NCBI RefSeq assembly: GCF_032191835.1
Contig: NC_083226.1
Coordinates: forward strand, 21,948,001 to 22,012,000
From: Heteronotia binoei
Lineage: Eukaryota
Direction of reading: 5' to 3'
Length of the DNA stretch: 64,000 nucleotides
Shown: positions 12,774-25,956 of the stretch, one piece after another
Layout: every line of letters starts with the position of its first letter
Position numbering within the stretch: position 1 is the stretch's first letter
Program-made: the position numbers and the translations under genes
The notes under the pieces: model-generated
Told to the model about the DNA's origin: nothing
The model's input: the letters and a program-made list of their open reading frames with translations, nothing else
The model's database searches: none

Positions 12774-13923
12774 CCCAGGGGTTCATAGTTCAACCTCTAG
12801 AGCATTTGCAGAATTCAGCCATAAAACCATTGAGATCAGGTGCTTTGTTCTTATGTATCAGTACCATGGGGATGATCCTGCCCCTATCCTACCACTCCTT
12901 AGGCTGAAGGAAGGCTCTTTGGAGGATGATTGGATCCAGCCCCAAAGCTGTTTTCACTTCTTCCAAAACTGACAGATCAAGACTTTTTCATCTTCTTTTG
13001 TCTCTTGGGTTATATTTAATTGTGCTCACAATTTATCGTTGATCTCTCTCTCTGAATTTTGAGGAGTATATAAATTCTTATAAAAGTTAGAGAACTCTTG
13101 TATAATGTGTTCACTAAGAAAAATTATGGCTTCATTCTTATTCATTATAGATGAGACCAGGGCACTTTAAAAAAAAAAGCCCATCAGGGACTCATTTACA
13201 TATTAGGTCACGCCCCCTGACATCACCATTGTTCCACACAGGGCTTTTTTGTAGAAAAAGCCCAGCAGGAGTTCATTTGCATATTGGGCCACACCTCCTG
13301 ACATCGAGCCATTGAGCGTTCCTGTGCATTCCTGCTCAAAAAAAACCTTGGATGAGACTTGTTAAACTGTAATGGAAAGGCAAGAGGACTGCGACTTAAT
13401 ATGAGAAAAGGACAAAAACCAAAGCATTAAAGCCACAGCTACTCAAGACAAATGGAGAAAAGAGGAATGTGGAATACTGAATTTCAAACTTTACTACCCT
13501 GTGAACACCTGATAGGAGAATGATTTCTACTTTACTCTTAGTTTAAAATGTTCATTGACTTCTTGGTCCAGATAACTTTCTCCCAAATTATGTGGTAGAT
13601 ATTCCCAAGAGATATCCAAAATTGGAACTGAATATGTTTGTTACTGCTCAGCTGGTTTCTAGAAGTCACAATTTTTTTCCAAAAAAGCAAGAATGTATTA
13701 TCAAAATACAGAGATGCTAAGATTGCTTAAACGCATATCAAAGATCAAATAGTATAAAAATAGTATTAAAAGATGAGCAAGATTTCATCCTGAGCAAGGA
13801 TTTCTCCTATTGTGATGCCTGTGCATGCCATAGTTCCTGCCAAGAGCTTTTCTGGAGCCTCAAATCATTGAGGGCAGGGCATTGTGGCTGAGTGTGGGTG
13901 AGTGAATGACAAGCCTAACTCAT

Positions 13924-14069
13924 NNNNNNNNNNNNNNNNNNNNNNNNNNNNNNNNNNNNNNNNNNNNNNNNNNNNNNNNNNNNNNNNNNNNNNNNNNNNN
14001 NNNNNNNNNNNNNNNNNNNNNNNNNNNNNNNNNNNNNNNNNNNNNNNNNNNNNNNNNNNNNNNNNNNNN
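13924..14069. other. Assembly gap (146 N)
   Basis: Run of N; the right side begins inside a SINE. Confidence 1.
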
Positions 14070-14310
14070 TTTATACCCCAGAATCAGAGACTCAGAGCAC
14101 TTACAATCTTCTATATCTTCTCCCCCTACACCAGACACCCAGTGAGGTGGATGGCGCTGAGAGGGCTCTCAAAGCAGTTGCCTTTTCAAGGACAACTCTT
14201 GCAATAGCTATGGCTAACTCAAGGCCATTTCAGCAGCTGCAAGTGGAGGAGTGGGGAATCAAACCTGATTCTCCTAGATAAGAGTCCGCACACTTTACCA
14301 CTACCCCAAA
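14070..14310 (-). mobile_element. tRNA-head SINE with L2-like tail
   Basis: Reverse complement of the copy at 32824. Confidence 0.8.
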
Positions 14311-15211
14311 CCGGCTGGAAAGCTGGTTAGTTGGAGATTAACTGTGCTGACATTTGTTGGATACACACCACTAGCAAAATCTCAGAACAGGGAAAACATG
14401 GACCAAGTTTTATCTATTTACTTACTTCTCTTATACCCCACCTTTCTCTCCATGGGGACCCAAAGTGGCTTATATCATTCTTCTCTTCTCCATTGTATCC
14501 TCACAACAACCCTGTGGGGTAGGTTAGGCTGGGAGTACATGATCAAGGTCACCTAGAAGTTTTCATGGCAGAGCAGAGATTGCCAAAGACTCAAGAATCA
14601 AAGAGCATATTGGAACTTTCGCTTATTATGACACAAATTTGTGTTACATCAAAATCTGTAAACATCCAGATAACACCCTGGATGATATTCTTTCTAAACA
14701 GAATTGTCTCCCTATACTGAAGCCGGGAGATACAATTAGAAAGCAACATAGCCCCAAGCGGAATATTCGTATTTGGTCTCAAGGTGGTGGGGGGGAATAC
14801 TTCAAGGAGGGAAGCTGGGACAAGGTCTCTGAGGAATCTCTTGGTAAGACATTCCTTGTGCTTCAAATAATCTATTCGAATCCTTTGAGCATTGAGATAC
14901 CAGACGTATTCCTGTTCCATTCACCAGTTAAAAGCAGGTTGGACAAGAAGTGAATTCTATGTGGCCTGTGCTGTTCCCTTGCTTGGAGTATACTGTGAGA
15001 CTTACTGGGCTGAAGACCATAGAATGCCTGAAAGGGAAGTGAAACCTTTATCACTTTTCTCCTACCTAGACACGGATGGACTCATTCTAGCATCACTTCC
15101 TGCCTGATGTCGCCAGGTAAAGTCTTAGTCTGAGTGAACTATTTGTTATAATCAAGCATGGGTAATGGTAGTACATGAAGGGAAGCCTAGTAACAGTAGG
15201 TGGTAGTGATT

Positions 15212-15487
15212 ATGATGATGATGATGATATTGGATTTATATCCTGCCCACTCCAGTCTCAGAGCAGTTCACAGTCTCCTTTTTCTTCCTTCCCAACAACA
15301 GACCCCCCCTGTGAGGTGGGTGGGGCTGAGAGGACTCTCACAGCAGCTGCCCTTTCAAGGACAATCTCTGTCTGAACTATGGCTGACCCAAGGCCATTCC
15401 AGCAGCTGCAAACGGAGGCGTGGGGAATCAAACCCGGTTCTCCCAGATAAGAGTCCGCACACTTAACCACTACCCCAAACTGGCTCT
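15212..15487 (-). mobile_element. tRNA-head SINE with L2-like tail
   Basis: Reverse complement of the copy at 32824, with a (GAT)n tail. Confidence 0.85.
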
Positions 15488-16277
15488 TTTAATGCTTTCC
15501 ACACACCCACTGTTTTCTTACTTCAAATCACCCCCTAGTGATCTCTTATTTTCCTTGCAAAAATTTCAAGTACATTTCAGGTGGATCAAAAGTCACAAGG
15601 GTGCTTTGGAGTAGAGAAGTGGTTCTCTGGTTCCAATTGTCACCTTCCAAAGTGGCTTTTCCTCTTTAAAAGGGGTTAGGTAGTGGAGGCACCATTTGCA
15701 GCAGAGTTAATGCATGTTTTTATATAAAATGGAAATAATTCTTATGGCATTCGATGGTACCATTTTGTGCTATACCACCTTGCTGTCATATCATGTTGTA
15801 ATTGGTTTTATTATGATTTTATTGTGATTTTATTTCTATTTGATATACTCCGCTGTGAGCCCGCAAATGGGGGAAGGGGCGGAATATAAATAAACAAATA
15901 AAAAGAGACGTATTTATTTATGGTTTACTAGGCCTTTCTACTTGCAGAATCATCACAGATGCATTTCCTGGGAAGTAAGTCTGACAGGGCTCCCTTGGTC
16001 TCACTCCAAATAAATGCCCATGAGTATGCACAAGAACAGCTTGATCCTATATCTAGCTCTTCTTTGAAAGTTCAATGGAGTGTGTTTAGGATTGCAGTCC
16101 TGCTCTCCTTTAATTGGGATAACCAAAAATCCAGGTGGGCAGCCATGTTGGTCTGAAACAGTAGAACAGATTTTTTGAGTCCAGTGGCACCTTTAAGACC
16201 AACAAAGGTTTAGTCAAGGTATGGACTTTTATGTGCACTCACACTTCCTCAGATACATTATAATGGAAGTTAACAGT

Positions 16278-16365
16278 AGGTAGATAGATAGATGGTAGAT
16301 AGATGATATATGAGACAGACAGACAGATAGGTAGGTAGGTAGGTAGGTAGGTAGGTAGGTAGGTA
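16278..16365. repeat. Compound tetranucleotide microsatellite (TAGA/CAGA/TAGG)
   Basis: Read directly from the sequence. Confidence 0.9.
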
Positions 16366-16533
16366 GTATGGTCTACATGGACTGACAGAGGCTCTTCAGG
16401 GTCTCAAATGGAGATCTTTCACATCACCTGTTGCCAAATCCTTTATATGGTGGTGGTGAGGACGGAACCTAGGACCATCTGCATGCAAAACAGATGTTCT
16501 ACCTCTGAGCCACAGTCTGGGTTCAAGTCAAGC

Positions 16534-16648
16534 CCATGTCCTGGTGGACCTTCTGATGGCACTTGGGTTTTTTGACCACTGTGTGACACAGAGTGTTGGA
16601 CTGGATGGGCCATTGGCCTGATCCAACATGGCTTCTCTTATGTTCTTA
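16534..16648 (+). mobile_element. CR1 LINE 3' end
   Basis: GGACTGGATGGGCCATTGGCCTGATCCAACATGGCTTCTCTTATGTTCTTA, the typical CR1 3' UTR and tail. Confidence 0.7.
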
Positions 16649-16666
16649 AGAAGCACTGCGGGGGAT

Positions 16667-16967
16667 TGGAGGAGGAAGAGCAGGAAGAGGAAAAGAAGAA
16701 GAGGAGGAGAAGATTGGATTTATACTCTGTCCTTCACTATCCAAAGGAGTCTCAGAGAAGCTTACAATCTCCTTTCCCTTCCCCTCCCCACAACAGACAG
16801 GAAGATGGGGCTGAGAGAGCTCTGACAGGAACTGCTCCTGAGCAGAACAGCCCTGAGAGAATTTGTGGCTGACCCAAAGTCACATCAGCAGCTGCATGTG
16901 AAGGAGTGGGGAATCAAACCCAATTCTCCCAGATAAAAATCCGTGTACTTAACCACTACACCAAACT
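16667..16967 (-). mobile_element. tRNA-head SINE with (GAA/GAG)n tail
   Basis: Same family as the copy at 32824, in reverse orientation. Confidence 0.8.
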
Positions 16968-17877
16968 AAGACCTTACCAGCAGCAGTGTGGCCCCAAGAC
17001 AGGATAAAAGACACATTACTGTTGGCTCCAGACTGCATTCAAAAATGTATTTGACAAGAGACAGTACACAATTAAACCATTATTCAAGAGAAGTGTACCT
17101 GACCATGACAGCAAGCTATCTAGATGAGACATCTGGTGGGACTTGGGGATCCCCTGGAATTACAATTCATCTCCAGACTACAGAGATCAGTTCCTCTGGA
17201 GAAAATGGTTGCTTTGGAAGGTGGACTGTATGGCAGTATACCCCACTGAAGTGCTGTCTTTCCCAGGCTCCATTCCTAAATCTCCAGGATCTGGCCACTG
17301 TACCCCTCAAACCAGGGGTCATTTTGTAGAAAAATAGATGGTGGAGCTCATCCAGGGATTGTTATGCAGCTGCACCTACTATTCAATGGACAAGGTGGGA
17401 AGGAGAAGGTGGAACTCTCAGAAAGGTTCAGGAGCTGTGCTCCTGTGAGCTCCCGCTGAATCTGAGCCTTAATCAAACCCCTGCCAGTAGCCAGAGAGGA
17501 CCTGGGAATCCTAGAAAATTATTACAAAACATTTTCACCTTGATCCAAATTTGAGAAGTTATTGTATTTGTTAGATGAGGGATTGTATGTATGGATTCTT
17601 TATCTGAAAATGTGCATGTTCAATAAGGAAACATGGATGTGAATTAGTTGTGTGATAGATTTTGTGTTATAAAAGCATCACGTATTCCTGTGATCCCCAG
17701 CGTAGTGCCTTGGTGACTCCTGCTTCCCAAAGCAAATAGCTGGCCCTGTCTTTGCTCATGAAGCGTTTTAAAACAAAAACCAGGAGGCATCACCTTTGAG
17801 TCTTCTAGGAGCACCCATTTGGAAACAGCAGGCCCGATTATAGAAGGGAAATTGTCTTAGAAACTCACAACGTTTTG

Positions 17878-18966
17878 TTGCTGCTGGACCAGGCGATGCA
17901 AGCCGTGGCAGGCTGGCTCAAGCTGAGTGGGTTGAAGTTGAATCCAATGAAGGCAGAGATCCTATGCCCGGGCTGTGGCAGTCTAGGAAGGGAAATTCCC
18001 CTACCAGTCTTTGACGGTGCGCCACTGAAAACAGTGCGCAGGGTCAGGAGCCTGGGGGTACTACTGGAGCCTTCCTTGTCAATGGAGGCCCAGATAGCAG
18101 CCACTGCTAAATCCGCCTTTTTTCATCTGAGACGGGCGAGGCAGTTGGCTCCCTTCCTGGAGTGCGATGACCTGGCAACGGTCCATGCAATGGTCACCTC
18201 GAGGTTAGACGGTCACCTCGAGGTTAGACTACTGTAATGCCCTCTACATGGGGCTGCCCCTGTGCCAGACCCAGAAACTGCAGAACGCAGCAGCCAGACT
18301 GTTAATGGGGCTCCCTAAGTGGGAGCACATACGGCCTGGGCTGCGGGAACTGCATTGGCTGTCAATTGTGTACCGGATCCGATACAAGGTGCTGGTTACT
18401 ACCTTTAAAGCTCTATATGACCGAGGACCTGCCTACCTTAGGAACCGTCTCTCCCCATATGTTCCCCAGAGAGTGCTTCGATCTAGCTCCCAAAATCTGC
18501 TGACAATCCCTGGGCCGAAGGAGGTCAAATTAAAAACAACAGGAGATAGGGCCTTCTCGGTTACAGCACCCCATTGGTGGAACCAGCTGCCAGAGGAGGT
18601 GCGGGCCTTGCGGGACATTAACCAGTTCTGTCAGGCCTGTAAGACCGTCCTCTTCCAGCTGGCTTTTTAATGTGGAAGTAGTATTCCATCTCTATGCAAG
18701 CTATGTTGTATGTGTAGCACCAAATTGATCTGTGTTTTAAATTTGTTTTATTGATGCTCTGTTTTTTTGTTTTAATGGGGTAATTTGTTTCTTTATTATC
18801 TGATTACTGGAAATATTGTATTTATATTATGTTATGTTATGTTATGTTATGTTATGTTATGTTATGTTATGTTATGTTATGTTATGTTATGTTATGTTAT
18901 GTTATGTTATGTTATGTAAGCCGCCCTGAGCCTGCTTCGGCAGGGAGGGCAGGATATAAATTAAAA
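17878..18966 (+). mobile_element. L2-clade LINE 3' fragment, frameshifted
   Basis: ORFs 17875-18237 and 18248-18670 are homologous to 2687-3505. There is an internal duplication of GGTCACCTCGAGGTTAGAC and the same 3' tail at about 18917-18960. Confidence 0.9.
18827..18917. repeat. (TTATG)n microsatellite, about 18 copies
   Basis: Read directly from the sequence. Confidence 0.98.

Positions 18967-19050
<84 letters not shown>
18967..19050. repeat. (ATT)28 microsatellite (L2 tail)
   Basis: Read directly from the sequence. Confidence 0.98.
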
Positions 19051-19051
<1 letters not shown>

Positions 19052-19440
19052 GTGGCAGCCAGTTTGTACAGGTCCTTTCTCTCACAGCAGCCATTTTGTG
19101 ACAGGATCCCCTACTCTTGCTCAAAACCTCCAAAGTGCCCATAGGGTCAACATGTCTGAGGAATCACTGAGGTACATTTTGTACACTTACCATAGAGTTG
19201 TTAAGAAACTATATATCACTGACATTAACTATACAGGGTTTTAAAGCAGGTTCTTCATACACATCATTTAAATCCAGGGATTTTTTTAAAAAGCAGGAAA
19301 GCAATTTCAGCAGGGTGGTGTCAGAGGGTGTGGCCTAACATGCACATGAGTTCCTGCTGAGCTTTTTCTACAAAAAAAGCACTGTTTAAATCAATATGGT
19401 AACACGTCACTTTCTCTTGCACAGAAACTGGAAAGCTAGC

Positions 19441-20370
19441 ATGCAGAATCAAACTTCTGTGGCTGAATTCTTCCTACTGGGTTTCTCCAAGAGCCTGAAG
19501 ATCCGCCTCATACTCTCTGGGTTGTTTTCTGTGATCTACACCATCACACTGGCAGGCAACACAATCATCCTGACGTTTATTTGGCTGGATTCTCGACTTC
19601 ACACTCCCATGTATTTCTTCCTGAGTCAACTCTCCTGTGTGGACATCTGCTACACTTCCAGCACTGTCCCTCAAATGCTGGCTAACCTCCAGCACCCAAG
19701 ACAAACTATCTCATTGATTGGTTGCGCTGTTCAGATGCATGTTTTTCTCACCTTGGCTATCACTGAGTGCATTCTGCTTGCCGTCATGGCATATGACAGG
19801 TATGTGGCGATATGCCACCCTTTGCACTACACGTTCCTCATGAACAAAAGAGTGTGTTTCACACTCGCTCTAACATCCTGGGTTAGTGGTCTTTTGTTGC
19901 CAGTAGTACACACTTCTCTCACATGGCGCTTGCCATTCTGCGGTCCCAATCAAATTGACCACTTCTTCTGTGAAATGCCAGCGGTCTTGAAGCTGGCCTG
20001 CACTGACACTAAAATTATTGAAAATGTCACTTCCTTGGGGTGCATTTTCACCTTGGTCACTCCCACCTCTTTCATCATGATGACTTACGTCCGCATCCTG
20101 AGAGCCATCTTCAAAATGAAATCAGCCCACAGCCGGGGCAAAGTGTTCTCCACATGTGGCTCCCATATTACTATGGTGGTGCTCTTCTATGGCAGTGCCA
20201 TGTTTATGTACATGAGACCCACGTCCAGCCGCTCAGCAGAAAAGGACAAAATAGTCTCTCTCTTCTACAGCGTCATCATCCCCATGCTCAATCCCTTGAT
20301 ATACAGTCTGAGGAACAAGGATGTGAAAGGGGCCTTGATAAAAATGCTGCAGCGTTGCAGAGTTTCTTGA
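19441..20370 (+). CDS. Olfactory receptor, class II, family 2 (OR2A-like), intact, 309 aa
   Basis: Motifs WLDSRLHTPMYFFLS, MAYDRYVAICHPLHY, FSTCGSH and PMLNPLIYSLRN. ATG at 19441 (MQNQTS) lies downstream of the acceptor TTTCTCTTGCACAG. Confidence 0.96.
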   Translation: MQNQTSVAEFFLLGFSKSLKIRLILSGLFSVIYTITLAGNTIILTFIWLDSRLHTPMYFFLSQLSCVDICYTSSTVPQMLANLQHPRQTISLIGCAVQMHVFLTLAITECILLAVMAYDRYVAICHPLHYTFLMNKRVCFTLALTSWVSGLLLPVVHTSLTWRLPFCGPNQIDHFFCEMPAVLKLACTDTKIIENVTSLGCIFTLVTPTSFIMMTYVRILRAIFKMKSAHSRGKVFSTCGSHITMVVLFYGSAMFMYMRPTSSRSAEKDKIVSLFYSVIIPMLNPLIYSLRNKDVKGALIKMLQRCRVS

Positions 20371-20609
20371 CCAGGCCTGTAGCTAGGAGAGGGTTCACAC
20401 CAGGCAATGCCCCCTCCCAATTTGTCCCGCCCAGTTAGAAGATTGGTTGTGCCATGTCCAGGCCTTTTTTTGTATCAGGAACTCCTTTGCAAATTAGACC
20501 ACACCCCCTGATGTAACCAGTCCTCCTGGAGCTTACAGTAGGCCCTGTACTAAGAGCCCTGTAAGCTCTTGGAGGATTGGCTACATTGGGAAGGGGTGTG
20601 AGGATGAGG

Positions 20610-22620
20610 AGGTCAAAGAAATGATGGTCCAATGGGCCAAAAATATAGGAATCTGGAATTAGAAAAGTGGGAGCAGGTCTGGGAGACAAATGCTAAAATG
20701 ACAAGATCGATGTCATATAAAGAAAATATCTTTAAAATGATATATAGGTGGCAAAGAACACCGGAACAAACTAGCAAAAATGTATTTGGGGTTATTCAGT
20801 TTATGCTGGAAGTATGAAAAGCAGGTGAGTACTAGGGGTGTGCAAAAAAAAAATTCAGAAAAAATCAGATTCGGAAATATACAGGGCCAAAAAATTCGGG
20901 ATACTGTATATTTCCAAATACCAGTACTCAGAATAGCTGCATATACGGTAGGTGCGTGGCTATTTCTGAATATACGGCCCCATTAAACCCTATGGCCATT
21001 GAAATCAATGGCAAAATAGGGTATATTGGAAGCCACCTGGAGGGGAGGGGGTTTGAGGGAGAGCCCCCAAATTTGCAGGAGACCTGCAGGGGACTCTACA
21101 AACCCCCCAAGTCCCAAAAAGATTGGGCCAGGGGGTTCCATTTCAGGGGCACCCAAAGAGGGTGCCCCTATCCCACCATTATACCCTATGGGCCATTGAA
21201 ATCAATGGCAACATAGGGCATAATTAGAGGCTACTGGGGGGCAGGGGGTTTAAAGGAGAGCCCCCAAAACTGCAGGGAACCTGCAGGGGACTCTGCCCTA
21301 CAACACCTCCAAGTCCCAAAAAGATTGGGCCAGGGGGTCCAATTCCTGGGGCACCCAAAGCCAAACCTAACTTCACACCAGAGAATCTCTATAGGACCCA
21401 AATGCACTACATCCATCTATCTACTGTATGAACCCTGCTGGCCTGGAACCAATATACGTCACTGCCACACAAAACACAATCTGCTCAAGGTCTGCTCTGC
21501 AGACCTGGCTGCAGCAAACCCAGATGCCAGCTCTCCAGCCCTGCCCCAAACAAAGCGGGTAGAGCTGGCCAAGCACAACAAGCATGCTGGTTCTGGGTCT
21601 CTCACCCAGGTGCCAGCTTCCCTGTCACAGAACACACAATCTACAGATGCCAGCTCTCCAGTCCTGCCCCAAGCAACACAACTCTCAAACACAATCCCTA
21701 AAACCACCCTTATTAGTGGGGCAGCCTATTTAGTGGCCCTAGTCAAACCGAAAGCGCCCTCAGACTCCAAAAATAACTCTATAAAACATGAAAGTGACCC
21801 ACCCCCACACAGCCCACACATCAACCCCCACACCAACCAAAGGTAATTTAAAAAAAAATGTGACAGAAAGAAACTTAACTTTTACCCCACCCACCCCAAA
21901 ACCAGAACCAGGAAAAGGAACAACAGGACAGGGTGCAAAACCAGCAACAACAGAGAATAGATCCAAACAGATCACTGAGAAAAGGCCAACAAACTCAACT
22001 GTTAAAAAAAGTGACCGAATGCACACCCCTAGTTGGTACCTATTACACGACATGTGGTGGACCTGTAGGGTTACTAAGAGGTACTGGACAAAAATCCATG
22101 AATTAATGCAAAAAATTTTGAAAGTGACAATACCTTTCAAGCCTGAGCTATTCTTGTTGAATATGTTTTTTACTAAGATGGACAAAACAACAAAATATAT
22201 GTTAATTCATATAATTGCTGCAAGAATTCTTTTTGCGCAATGCTGGGAGAAAAAAGAGATTCCGGCCATAGATGACTTGATAGTAAAGATAATGGAGATA
22301 GTCGAAGTTGATGAATTTACATATTTGCTTAACACTCAATGATGTAAGAAGAAGGTACAGAATTGGTCAAAATTTTATGAATGTAAATGGAAAATGTAAA
22401 TAATATTTAAGAAAAAATGGTAGGAGACCAAAAACTGAGGGCGAAGAAGGGAAAATAAAAAGAGAGAGAGAAATGAATTGTTGCATACAATTAGATGTTA
22501 TAGAGAGTAACTGCTAACCTCATCACTGTTTTTGTTATTTATCTAAAGATGTTTGAGTTGTGTATGTGATTATTACGTTATGTGTAAATTTTGAATAAAA
22601 TATGGAACAGCAAAAAAAAA
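20610..22620 (+). mobile_element. L1-clade LINE ORF2 3' fragment, split by a hAT element
   Basis: Reads KENIFKMIYRW...CWKY before 20833 and HDMWWTC...YWTKI...AARILFAQCW after 22031. Ends with AATAAA and an A-rich tail at about 22600. Confidence 0.75.
20833..22031. mobile_element. Non-autonomous hAT element, inverted relative of 10399-12773
   Basis: TIR TAGGGGTGTGCA...TGCACACCCCTA; flanks GTGAGTAC/GTTGGTAC (6/8). Carries only about 1.3 units of the 123-bp repeat. Confidence 0.85.
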
Positions 22621-23769
22621 AAAGATTTGATGACTGCAATGCACTTTGAATAGTACTGCCCTTCAAAAGTGTTCAGGAACTTCAGATAGTGTAGAATGCT
22701 GCAGCCAGACTGTTGACTGGAGTGGGTCATGGTGACCACATCACTTCAGTCTCAGCCCATCTACAAAGGCTGCCCATTTACTTCTAGGCACCATTCAAGG
22801 TGCTGGTGTTGACCTATAGAGACCTACATAGCTTGGGACCAGCATACTGAACAACCATCTGTTCCTTGCAAACCACCCTGACTGTACAGTCATCCTTCAA
22901 GGCTCTGCTTCAGATGTCCCAAGCCACCTTCTGAGATTATTAGATAAAAAAAGGTATTCATAGTTAATGAGATAAACAACAAAAGAAACAACTACTATGA
23001 TATGCTGGGTAACAATGTTTAATAAAACCATTCAAAAACCTTCGTATTATCTTTTTATACATCATATTGTAACAGAGGTCCAATCCTCACATTCCCATAC
23101 TACAAAAAAAGTCCTATGAGCACCTGGATGTAAGCTCATTTCGTCAATGGACTTCCTCAGGAGTAATACTTCCCATGTTTCTTCCAGGGTTACCAGCCAC
23201 TAGTACCAACCCAATGTGTCCTTCTGCTACATCTTCTACCTCAAGCTCTCTCATTCACTTAATAACACTTAAGTACATATATTTGTATTAGGAGCTTGAG
23301 GATAGGAGCCAGCTGGCCATCCAATAGGAGCCAGCATTGCGGGACTTGTGGTAAGAATTATTTATAAATTGATTGAAGCAGAGCTACACCAACCTGAATA
23401 TCCGATGAAGCAGACCAGTGAAATGGCCCGATCTAGCATACAGCCCCATCATTGGAACGTGTGGGGGGTTGTTGCTACTTCTTTACCCACTTGCTATCTC
23501 TAAACTATGGATTAGATCCTGATATGAACTTTGTGAGACTTGCAGTGGGACTAGAGAAATTTATTTGAGATTTCTGAGTCCGTTTGTTTATTTATTCATT
23601 ACTTATTTATTACTTTAATTTTTTCTCTTGCCCTCTCCGCAAGTGGACTCAGGGCGGCTAACAGTCTGTTCATAATACAATTTGAAACCAATAAAATACA
23701 ATTAAAACATTTTGTGGTGCTGTACAACTCTGATATGGTGGGATCTTTCTTTTTTGCTGTTAGTGATCC

Positions 23770-24725
23770 TAAAATGTTCGTAGCTCCTCAATGGTGTGAG
23801 GTGGCAGTTCTCTCCCAGTTTAGATGTTGAAGGCCTGTCGGAATAGTTAAGTTTTGCAGGCCCTGGGGAATTGAGAAAGACCCCACAGGGCCTTATGGCC
23901 TCTGGGAGGGCATTTCACATTTCTGGTGCTGCCACTAGGGTTGCCAATCCCCAGGTGTGGGCAGGGGATCCCCCGGTTTGGAGACCCTCCCCCCGCTTCA
24001 GGGTCATCAGAAAGCAGGGGGAGGGGAGGGAAATGTCTGCTGGGAACTCTATTATTCCCTATGGAGATTTATTCCCATAGAAAATCCTGGAGAATTGATC
24101 TGCGGGTATCTGGGGCTCTGGTGGGGCTGTTTTTTGGGGTAGAGGCACCAAATTTTCAGTATAGCATCTAGTGCCTCTCCCCAAAATACCCCCCAAGTTT
24201 CAAAAAGATTGGACTAGGGGGTCCAAATCTATGAGCCCCAAAAGAAGGTGCCCCATCCTTCATTATTTCCTATGGAAGGAAGGAATTGAAAAGGTGTGCT
24301 GTCCCTTTAAATGTGATGGCCAGAACTCCCTTTGGAATTCAGTTATGCTTGTCACAACCTTGATCTTGGCTCCACCCCTAATGTCTCCTGGCTCCACCCC
24401 CAAAGTCCCCAGATATTTCTTGAATTGGACTTGGCAACCCTAGCTGCCACCGAGAAAGCCCTAGCCCGTTTGGAACACAGCCTGGCTTCCTTTGGTCTGG
24501 GGATGGACAGTAGCACTGAATGCAGTGCTCTCTGGGGAACATGTGGAGAAAGGCGGTCCTGTAGACAGGCAGGCCCCTGACCATAAAGGGCTTTAAAGGA
24601 CAAAACCAACACCTTGAAATGGACTCGGAACACAATAGGCAGCCAGTGCAGCTCTTTCAGTACTGGCTGAATGTGCTCCCATCTAGGGAGCCCCATTAAC
24701 AGTCACGCTGTAGTGTTCTGCAGCC
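23770..24725 (-). mobile_element. L2-clade LINE fragment, split by a hAT MITE
   Basis: The minus strand reads MGLPRWEHIQPVLKELHWLPIVFRVHFKVL, homologous to the other L2 copies. Confidence 0.75.
23936..24442 (+). mobile_element. hAT MITE, TAGGGTTGCCA (Blackjack-like) family
   Basis: TAGGGTTGCCAA...TTGGCAACCCTA; perfect TSD GCTGCCAC. Confidence 0.9.
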
Positions 24726-25176
24726 TGTTTGTAATACAAAATTATTATGCACATGTATTACTACACTTTGTGAACGCTTCAATTTTTGTATCTTTTGTAC
24801 ACTTACCAATAAGTATTTTTACTACACTAATTTTCCAGTAATTTTCGGACGTGTGCCTCTTTTTTGTTTGTTGGATATCTACTCCACGGCTTCCTCTACG
24901 TGTTATTTTGCCCCCAATGTAATGACATCATTTTGGGGTTTCATAGGAAGCGACTGCTATGACAGAGAGGTACAAGATGTCTATGTCACTTCTGGTGAAA
25001 TTACGGAGCAATGTCAGTGACATCACCATGTTGCCCGAAAGAACTTCCTCTTATGTTTTGCATCTCAATTCATAGCTCCAGAAGACATAGGGTCTTCCTT
25101 GGGATTTAAGAGGGATATAAGCCTTTAAAATAAATATGATAGGAGAAAAGCCTTAGAGGAATCAATGAATGAAAGC

Positions 25177-25956
25177 TAGGCTTCCCAATCCCCAGGTCCC
25201 AGCAGGGGATCCCCCATTTTTACAGGCTTCCCCCCTCCCCCAGCCAGCTGGCCGGTGGGGGAAGCCCCGCCCCCACAGTCATCATATAGTTTTAGAGCTC
25301 CTGCAGGCTTAGAAACCTGCAAACAGGTCCCTTTTTAAAATGTGTGCCTTTAAGGCTGAGCAGGAAACAGGAAGGGCTTCATGGCAAAAGGTCAGTAACA
25401 GTTTCGTCGGAGAAGGGCCCCTCCCTTTGTTTTGCTTTCGTTTTCAGAGGAAGTAAAGTTCTGCAGGAACAAGACCCAGTAAGTATTTGTGTGTGAGAGA
25501 GAGGGAGGGGGCAGGGGATTCCCTGGTTTGGAGGCCCTCCCCCCACTTTAGAAAACGTGGTGGGGGGAGGGAAATGTCTACTGGGCACTCTATTGTTCCC
25601 TATGGAGAAGGATTCCCATAGGGAATAATGTGGAATTGATCTGCGGGTATTGGGAGCTCTGGGGGGGGGCTATTTTTTGAGGTAGAGGCACCAAATTTTT
25701 AGTATAGCATCAAGTGCCTCTCCCCAAAATACCTCCCAAGTTTCAAAACGATTGGACCAGGGGGTGCCCCTATCCTTCGTATTTCTTATGGAAGAAAGGC
25801 ATTTAAAAAGGTGTGCTGTCCCTTTAAATGGGATGGCCAGAACTCCCTTGGATTTCAATTATGCTTGTCACACCCTTGTTCCTGGCTCCACCCCCAATCT
25901 CCTGGCTCCACCCCCAAAGCCCCCATTTATTTCTTGAATTGGACTTGGCAACCTTA
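25177..25956 (+). mobile_element. hAT MITE, TAGGCTTCCCA/TTGGCAACCTTA family
   Basis: Termini as above; TSD ATGAAAGC/ATGGAAGC (7/8). Confidence 0.85.

Noticed and set aside
13902-14207. ORFs containing X runs
   Set aside because: They span the assembly gap.
18829-19142. ORFs with MLCYV repeats and poly-Ile
   Set aside because: They are translations of (TTATG)n and (ATT)n microsatellites.
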